A stretch of DNA of 64,000 nt from Campylobacterales bacterium (lineage in GTDB: Bacteria > Campylobacterota > Campylobacteria > Campylobacterales > Sulfurospirillaceae). Where the stretch lies: NCBI GenBank assembly GCA_016930915.1, contig JAFGFU010000009.1:10081-74080 (forward strand). Direction: 5' to 3'. Shown here piece after piece: positions 58,257 to 64,000 of the stretch (positions within the stretch are counted from its first letter, which is position 1; each line of letters starts with the position of its first letter). Below the pieces are notes generated by a model. The model was not told the origin of the DNA. It did no database searches and saw only the letters and a program-made list of their open reading frames with translations. The position numbers were made by a program, and so were the translations under genes.

Positions 58257-59315
58257 GTGATAAAGAAGATAAAAGGCATTAATTTGAAATTATTGATTTC
58301 AGCACTTGAGCCATCGGCAAATTTGCACTTAGAACCGATTTTAAATGCGCTTGATAGTTGTGAAATTTACGGAGTATTTGATGAGCGCTTTGGAAAACCT
58401 GTCATGCCAAGCAAGGCATTTTCAATTATGGGATTTTTAGACGCATTACCCAAGATTCGTAAAGCAAAAAAAGCCATTAAAGTTATGGCACGCATGAGTT
58501 TTTTCGTGGATAAAGTTATTTTAATCGATTCACCCGCATTTAATTTGCCTTTAGCCAAAGCGATTAAAACGATTAATCCTAATGTGCCGATTATTTATTA
58601 TATTTTGCCAAAAGTGTGGGCGTGGAAACCTAAACGTGTCAAAGCGATGGAGCGTTATTGCGATGTTTTAGCCTCTATTTTTCCTTTTGAAGATCAGTTT
58701 TACACCAAATCAACTTATGTGGGCAATCCTCTTTTGGACGAGATTCCGCTTTTTAAACTCCAATGTGATACCAGTGGGGTGGTTGCCTTTTTACCAGGAA
58801 GTCGTAAAAGTGAGATTAAAAAGCTCTTTCCTATTTATAAAGAAGTAGCGGCTAAATTGGTGGATAAAGAGAAAATTTTAGTGATTCCTCCCCATTTTGA
58901 TTATCGGGAAATTGCGGAGATTTATGGGGATATTCATGATTTTAAAATCTGCCGTAATACCTATGAGGCATTTGCCAAAAGCGAGTTTGCCTTTATCTGT
59001 TCGGGCACAGCCACGCTAGAAGCAGCGCTCGTGGGTGTGCCATTTGTATTAGCTTACAGGGCTAAAGCGATTGATTTTTGGATTGCAAAGCATTTTGTGA
59101 AATTAAGGCATGTGGGTTTGGCAAATATTTTATTTGATTTTGCCAATAAATCCTCTTTGCATGAAGAACTTTTGCAAGAAGAGGTCAGTGTTGAGGGCTT
59201 GCTCCATGCCTATAAAAGTGTCGATAAAGAGGTATTTTTTACGAAAGCAAAGGAGCTTCGAGGCATGTTAAAGCAAGGTTCCACAGAGGCAATGATAAGT
59301 ATTATTAAGGCATAA
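58257..59315 (+). CDS. lpxB: Lipid-A-disaccharide synthase
   Basis: LISALEPSANLH N-terminus, VAFLPGSRKSEI, SGTATLEAALVGVP motifs. The start is uncertain (GTG 58257, or TTG 58284 with an AAAGG RBS). Confidence 0.9.
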   Translation: MIKKIKGINLKLLISALEPSANLHLEPILNALDSCEIYGVFDERFGKPVMPSKAFSIMGFLDALPKIRKAKKAIKVMARMSFFVDKVILIDSPAFNLPLAKAIKTINPNVPIIYYILPKVWAWKPKRVKAMERYCDVLASIFPFEDQFYTKSTYVGNPLLDEIPLFKLQCDTSGVVAFLPGSRKSEIKKLFPIYKEVAAKLVDKEKILVIPPHFDYREIAEIYGDIHDFKICRNTYEAFAKSEFAFICSGTATLEAALVGVPFVLAYRAKAIDFWIAKHFVKLRHVGLANILFDFANKSSLHEELLQEEVSVEGLLHAYKSVDKEVFFTKAKELRGMLKQGSTEAMISIIKA

Positions 59316-59343
59316 TTGCCAGAAGGATATAAGGAGTAAAAGA

Positions 59344-59847
59344 ATGAATAATAAAGAACCAATGACCGAATATGGCTACAAAAAATTAACTGATGAACTG
59401 AGTGATCTCAAAAAAAGACAGCGTCCAGAGACTGTTATAGAGCTTGATATTGCACGAAGCCATGGTGATTTAAAAGAGAATGCTGAATACCATGCTGCCA
59501 AAGAGAAATTGGCATTTATTGATGCACGTATTGCGGAGCTAAGTGATTTTGTCTCACGCTCTCAAGTCATTGATCCGAGCAGTTACGAACACGACAAAGT
59601 ACGTTTTGGTTCAACCATTACCTTAGAGAATTTGGAAACCAATGAAGAGGTAACGTACAGCATCGTGGGAAGTACCGAGAGCAATCCTGATTTAGGGCTT
59701 ATCTCCTACCATTCGCCACTTTCAAAACAGTTGATGGGTCGTTGCGTGGATGAAGAAGTTGTGATTAAATTGCCTGTAGGAACGCAAGAGTATGCCATTT
59801 TAAACATTACGTATTGTGAAATAGACTTTGAGGTGAAGTTCAAATGA
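59344..59847 (+). CDS. greA: Transcription elongation factor GreA
   Basis: GDLKENAEYHAAKE coiled-coil tip and C-terminal FKBP-like domain (ISYHSPLSKQLMG). Confidence 0.95.
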   Translation: MNNKEPMTEYGYKKLTDELSDLKKRQRPETVIELDIARSHGDLKENAEYHAAKEKLAFIDARIAELSDFVSRSQVIDPSSYEHDKVRFGSTITLENLETNEEVTYSIVGSTESNPDLGLISYHSPLSKQLMGRCVDEEVVIKLPVGTQEYAILNITYCEIDFEVKFK

Positions 59848-60848
59848 GAGTAGCCATTATTGGAGCGAGTGGGTATACAGGTTTAGAGCTGATTAAAATG
59901 CTTATTTCCCATCCGCATTTTGAAATTACGTATATTGCAACCACTGAGGGTGGGGTGAAAGCCAGTGCATTGCATCCTAGTTTGGTAGGTGTGTTTGAAC
60001 AAGAGGTCCTAAAAGCCGATGCTAAAGAGGTGGCAAAACATGCGGATTTAGCTTTTTTAGCCCTTCCGCATCAAGCCGCTATGGGCTTTGCTAAAGAGCT
60101 TTTGGATTTACATGTAAAGGTGGTTGACCTCTCAGCAGATTATCGTTTGGAGCTTGAAGCGTATGAGAAACACTACTGCGAACATTTGGATAAAGAGCAC
60201 CTAAGCGAGGCAGTGTATGGATTGCCTGAAATTCACACTGCAAAAATTAAACAGGCTCGTTTAATTGCTAATCCTGGATGTTATCCAACCGCTTCGTTGT
60301 TGGCAGTTTTACCGTTTCTTCCTTACTTAAAAAAAGAAGCACCTATTTTTTTGGATGCGAAAAGTGGGGTTTCAGGTGCAGGTAAAAAACTTTCTCAAAC
60401 ATCACACTTTGTCACCATTAATGAAAATATTTTTGCTTACAATCCTTTAAAACACCGCCATGAACCAGAGATTGCGGAGAAAATTGCGCAGGTAAGTGGG
60501 CATGCATATGAAGTCAATTTTATTCCGCATCTTTTACCCGTGAGTCGAGGAATGTTGGTGAGCGCTTATTTGCAAACCACAGAGGTGCTTGATGCAAAAG
60601 CCCTGCTTGAGTCTTTTTATCAAGAGGCTCGTTTTGTGCGAGTCAGGGAAAATCCTGTGGATATTAAGTCAGTAGCAGGAACCAATTTTTGCGATATTTT
60701 TGTCACACAAAAAGGCACATCGCTTTTTGTCTCTTCCGCCATTGATAACCTTCTTAGAGGTGCTTCCTCTCAAGCAGTGGTCAATGCCAACTTAATGTGT
60801 GGGTTTGAAGAGAGTGCTGGAATTCCCATTATTGCGTATGTCCCCTAA
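59844..60848 (+). CDS. argC: N-acetyl-gamma-glutamyl-phosphate reductase
   Basis: IIGASGYTGLEL, NPGCYPT active-site Cys, DNLLRGASSQAV. Confidence 0.95.
   Translation: MRVAIIGASGYTGLELIKMLISHPHFEITYIATTEGGVKASALHPSLVGVFEQEVLKADAKEVAKHADLAFLALPHQAAMGFAKELLDLHVKVVDLSADYRLELEAYEKHYCEHLDKEHLSEAVYGLPEIHTAKIKQARLIANPGCYPTASLLAVLPFLPYLKKEAPIFLDAKSGVSGAGKKLSQTSHFVTINENIFAYNPLKHRHEPEIAEKIAQVSGHAYEVNFIPHLLPVSRGMLVSAYLQTTEVLDAKALLESFYQEARFVRVRENPVDIKSVAGTNFCDIFVTQKGTSLFVSSAIDNLLRGASSQAVVNANLMCGFEESAGIPIIAYVP
60107..60118. repeat. Iterated palindrome TTTACATGTAAA, perfect copy
   Basis: 12/12; inside argC, read as L-H-V-K. Confidence 0.95.
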
Positions 60849-61575
60849 TCTTTTAATTCACGAAGGAGCGCACTTTATCGCCGATGCGCATGATAGTTCT
60901 GAGCGCTCCTTCTTCTTTGAATACCTTTTACATGTAAAGAAAAATCCTCCACCCCAACTCTTTTTAATGGGTGATATGTTTGATTTGCTTGTGGGCGATG
61001 TGGTGTATGGGGTAAAAAAATATGAGCGCTATATTGCACTCATTGAAGAGATCGCGCAGGTGTGTGAGGTCTATTATTTTGAGGGAAATCACGACTTTCG
61101 TTTGGCTCAACTCTTTTTACATGTAAAGGTTATTCCCATTGAAGAACAACCTCTTACATGTAAGCTTCCCAGTGGAAAAACCTGCCTTTTATTGCACGGC
61201 GATAAATACGGTGATAGATTCAATCGTCTCTACACAAAACTCATACGAAACCCTTTCATTTTGAGCTTTTTAAATGGCTGTGATGTTTTAAGCGGTGGCG
61301 CTATTTCAAAGGCGATTGAAAAATCCCAATCTAAAAAAAATTTATGCAAACGCATTCCTCATTTTACAACGCTCATACAACGCAAGCTCTTTTTATACCC
61401 TAAAGCAGAGGTAATCGCAGAAGGGCATTACCATCAGAATCACGCATTTATGGTATCTGGCGTTCATTACATAAATTTTTCATCTTTTGCGTGCAATCAA
61501 AGCTACTTTAGTGTACAATCTTCCTCAGAGACAGAATTTGCACCAATGCAATTTAGGTCATGTCCAAGCACATAA
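60838..61575 (+). CDS. Calcineurin-like metallophosphoesterase (UDP-2,3-diacylglucosamine hydrolase LpxH-like)
   Basis: FIADAH, LMGDMFDL, FEGNHDF, LLHGD motifs. The ATG at 60838 overlaps the argC stop by 11 nt. Confidence 0.65.
   Translation: MSPNLLIHEGAHFIADAHDSSERSFFFEYLLHVKKNPPPQLFLMGDMFDLLVGDVVYGVKKYERYIALIEEIAQVCEVYYFEGNHDFRLAQLFLHVKVIPIEEQPLTCKLPSGKTCLLLHGDKYGDRFNRLYTKLIRNPFILSFLNGCDVLSGGAISKAIEKSQSKKNLCKRIPHFTTLIQRKLFLYPKAEVIAEGHYHQNHAFMVSGVHYINFSSFACNQSYFSVQSSSETEFAPMQFRSCPST
60927..60938. repeat. Iterated palindrome TTTACATGTAAA, perfect copy
   Basis: 12/12; inside the LpxH-like gene, read as L-H-V-K. Confidence 0.95.
61116..61127. repeat. Iterated palindrome TTTACATGTAAA, perfect copy
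   Basis: 12/12; inside the LpxH-like gene, read as L-H-V-K. A 10/12 copy follows at 61153-61164. Confidence 0.95.
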
Positions 61576-61584
61576 GGGGCAGAA

Positions 61585-62535
61585 ATGGCGAAAGAAAGTA
61601 TTTTAAAAGTAGGCTCCAATGAGATGGAGTTGGTGGACTTCCGTATTTTTAAAAAGGAAGCAAACGGTGTGTATGAGGGAATTTACGGTGTAAACGTTGC
61701 TAAAGTACGTGAAATCATTAAAATCCCAAATCTTACAGAACTTCCAGGTGTTCCTGATTATATTGAAGGAATTTTCGACTTACGGGGTATTGTTATTCCT
61801 GTGGTTAATCTTGCTAAATGGATGAACATTAAAGAACCCGATGATGGTTCGATTAAACCTCGCATTATTATTACCGAATTTAGCGATATCTTAATTGGTT
61901 TTGTCGTTCATGAAGCCAAACGCATTCGTCGTATTAGTTGGAAAGATATCGAACCAGCTTCTTTTGTCGCAGGTATGGGCTCTTTGGATAAGAGTCAAAT
62001 CACGGGTGTGACACGGATTGAAAATGATGAGGTTTTGTTGATTTTAGACCTTGAGAGTGTTGTCCAATCTTTGGGTATCTATCAGCCAAAAATTGATGTA
62101 GAAGATGATCAAATTCAAAAAATTGATGGTACGGCTCTGATTTTAGATGACAGTATGACCGCTCGAAAACTCGTCAGTGATGCGCTTCGTAAAATGGGTA
62201 TGCGTGTGGTCGAAGCCAAAGACGGCATGGAAGGTTTAGAAAGACTTAATGAGTTGTATGCAAACTACCATGAGGAGTTAACCGATGTGGTTAAAATTAT
62301 CATTAGTGATGTAGAAATGCCACAAATGGATGGTTTTCACTTTGCAGCCAATGTTAAAGAAGATCCTCGGTTTAAAAATATTCCGATTGTTTTTAACTCA
62401 TCTATTAGCGACCATTTTAGTGAGATTAGAGGTAAAGAGGCGGGCGGTGAAGCCTATTTAACCAAGTTTGATGCGGGTATCTTCTATAAAGAAGTCTCAA
62501 AAGTCATCAAAGCACATGTGAAAACAGCACAATAG
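61585..62535 (+). CDS. cheV: Chemotaxis coupling protein CheV (CheW domain + receiver domain)
   Basis: N-terminal CheW-like domain (GVNVAKVREI...IEGIFDLRG) and C-terminal receiver (LILDDS...SDVEMPQMDG...K). Confidence 0.9.
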   Translation: MAKESILKVGSNEMELVDFRIFKKEANGVYEGIYGVNVAKVREIIKIPNLTELPGVPDYIEGIFDLRGIVIPVVNLAKWMNIKEPDDGSIKPRIIITEFSDILIGFVVHEAKRIRRISWKDIEPASFVAGMGSLDKSQITGVTRIENDEVLLILDLESVVQSLGIYQPKIDVEDDQIQKIDGTALILDDSMTARKLVSDALRKMGMRVVEAKDGMEGLERLNELYANYHEELTDVVKIIISDVEMPQMDGFHFAANVKEDPRFKNIPIVFNSSISDHFSEIRGKEAGGEAYLTKFDAGIFYKEVSKVIKAHVKTAQ

Positions 62536-62545
62536 GGGTAGAACG

Positions 62546-64000
62546 ATGGAAGATATTCAAGAAATTTTAGAAGATTTTTTGGTTGAAGCGTTCGAACTTA
62601 TTGAACAACTTGATCAAAATTTGGTAGAGCTAGAGTCCAATCCTGATGATTTGGAACTGCTCAATAGCATTTTTAGGGTGGCACATACGATTAAAGGGTC
62701 ATCATCGTTTTTAAATTTTGATGTCCTAACAGGTCTTACACACCATATGGAAGATGTTTTAAATAAAGCACGTCATGGTGAACTTAAATTATCACATGAA
62801 GTGATGGATGTCGTTTTAGAGTCGATTGACTTAATGAAAAGTTTGCTGCATGCCATTCGAGACAATGGTAATGATACTTCTGTTGGTATTGATATTACTG
62901 ATATTTGTCGTCGTTTAGACATTATTTCTAATGGGGAAGAGGTGAGTGCACCAGTGACACCTGCTCAGATGGATCCTGTGGAAACACCGATGGATGAAGA
63001 TAATGTGGATTATTCAAAACTCAGTGATAAAGAGGTGGAAGAGGAGATTGAGAGACTTCTTAAAATGCGTAAAGAAGAAGACCGTCAACGTAAATCTCAA
63101 GCTGCAGTATCAACGCCTGCTAGCACAAATGTAGCATCTTCTGTACAGGAAGATAAATATGAAGAAGAAGAGCCAAAAGTTGCGGCAGCAAGTGTAAAAA
63201 GAGCTGCACCTGAGTCTTCTACCCCAGCTAAAAAAGATGCATCCAGCTCAATGGAGCAAACCATTCGTGTTGAAGTTAAACGACTTGACCACTTAATGAA
63301 TTTAATTGGCGAGTTGGTTTTAGGTAAAAATAGATTGCTTAAAATTTATGACGATGTTGAAGAGCGTTATGAGGGTGAAAAGTTCCTTGAAGAGCTTAAT
63401 CAAGTGGTTTCATCTATCTCTTTGGTCACAACAGATTTACAAATTGCGGTGATGAAGACCAGAATGCTTCCTATTGCCAAAGTGTTTAATAAATTTCCAC
63501 GAATGGTTCGCGATCTTTCTCGTGAATTGGGTAAACAAATTGAGCTTGAAATTTCAGGTGAAGAGACCGAGCTTGATAAGTCTATTGTGGAAGAGATTGG
63601 CGATCCTTTGGTTCACATTATTCGTAACTCATGCGACCATGGTATTGAAGATATTGCGACTAGACGTGCTAAGGGTAAACCAGAAACAGGTTTGATTCAG
63701 CTTAAAGCGTACAACGAGGGAAATAACATTGTCATTGAAATTACCGATGATGGTAAAGGTTTAGATCCTGATTTACTCCGTTCAAAAGCAATTGAAAAAG
63801 GAATGATTACCGAGCGAGAAGCCGATGGTATGAGTGACAAAGAGGCATATGCACTGATTTTTAAACCGTCTCTTTCAACGGCAAAAGTGGTTACCAATGT
63901 TTCAGGACGCGGTGTGGGAATGGATGTTGTAAAAACCAATATTGAAAAACTCAATGGTATTATTGATGTGGATAGTGAGTTAGGACAAGGAACGGTGATT
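62546..64000 (+). CDS. cheA: Chemotaxis histidine kinase CheA (3' end beyond the window)
   Basis: Not in the ORF track because no stop falls inside the window. MEDIQEILEDFLVEAFE...FRVAHTIKGSS HPt motif, later RMLPI...HIIRNSCDHGIE and GRGVGMDVV kinase boxes. The frame stays open to position 64000. Confidence 0.9.
   Translation, partial: MEDIQEILEDFLVEAFELIEQLDQNLVELESNPDDLELLNSIFRVAHTIKGSSSFLNFDVLTGLTHHMEDVLNKARHGELKLSHEVMDVVLESIDLMKSLLHAIRDNGNDTSVGIDITDICRRLDIISNGEEVSAPVTPAQMDPVETPMDEDNVDYSKLSDKEVEEEIERLLKMRKEEDRQRKSQAAVSTPASTNVASSVQEDKYEEEEPKVAAASVKRAAPESSTPAKKDASSSMEQTIRVEVKRLDHLMNLIGELVLGKNRLLKIYDDVEERYEGEKFLEELNQVVSSISLVTTDLQIAVMKTRMLPIAKVFNKFPRMVRDLSRELGKQIELEISGEETELDKSIVEEIGDPLVHIIRNSCDHGIEDIATRRAKGKPETGLIQLKAYNEGNNIVIEITDDGKGLDPDLLRSKAIEKGMITEREADGMSDKEAYALIFKPSLSTAKVVTNVSGRGVGMDVVKTNIEKLNGIIDVDSELGQGTVI

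Noticed and set aside
1-64000. The possibility that the repeated 12-mer marks a CRISPR array, a MITE family or an IS end.
   Set aside because: Copies are kilobases apart at irregular spacing and most lie inside intact conserved genes. Nothing beyond about 14 bp is shared between copies. The window contains no cas gene, transposase or integrase.

Overview
This 64-kb window looks like core chromosome from an AT-rich member of the Campylobacterota. The gene content and order are Sulfurospirillum- or Campylobacter-like, but the lineage is inferred, not searched. I call about 68 protein genes. I recognised no rRNA, tRNA, CRISPR array, transposase or integrase.

Gene content, left to right:
- 1-10273: the complex I operon, with a NuoG-like fragment followed by nuoG-H-I-J-K-L-M-N.
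- 10314-15627: a large TPR-like secreted protein, miaA, a UbiA-family prenyltransferase and two small hypothetical genes.
- 15661-17584: a CetB/CetA-like PAS protein plus chemoreceptor pair; the receptor carries a C-terminal zinc-binding (CZB) module.
- 17763-19867: moaA and moeA.
- 20360-31084: an rsmE-rpmE-rsmI-trmH-...-aminotransferase-hom-yraN-trxA-trxB-dapB-purF block.
- 31084-40505: a radical SAM gene, two DUF2393-like genes, hisIE, an SPFH protein, ilvE, bcp, a 951-aa DUF748/AsmA-like protein and queH.
- 40537-48114: fabZ-lpxA-clpX-mreB-mreC, then carB.
- 49436-52749: an anaerobe-type ORP-like cluster (DUF134 regulator, Gly-rich zinc-ribbon protein, two MinD-type Fe-S ATPases, two NifX-like proteins), with a divergent MBL-fold gene at 52943-53779.
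- 53780-56776: a small AT-rich islet (SHOCT protein, Sel1 protein, KilA-N protein).
- 56760-64000: tcdA, surE, lpxB, greA, argC, an LpxH-like phosphoesterase, cheV and the 5' part of cheA.

The most unusual signal is not a gene. The 12-bp palindrome TTTACATGTAAA occurs 17 times perfectly and at least 18 more times with one or two mismatches, in genes on both strands and in spacers. That is two to three orders of magnitude above a base-composition expectation. This highly iterated palindrome resembles an uptake signal in density, and I do not know of it being described. Coding copies use only the two stop-free reading frames (L-H-V-K or F-T-C-K). Two spacer copies form terminator-like hairpins between convergent genes.
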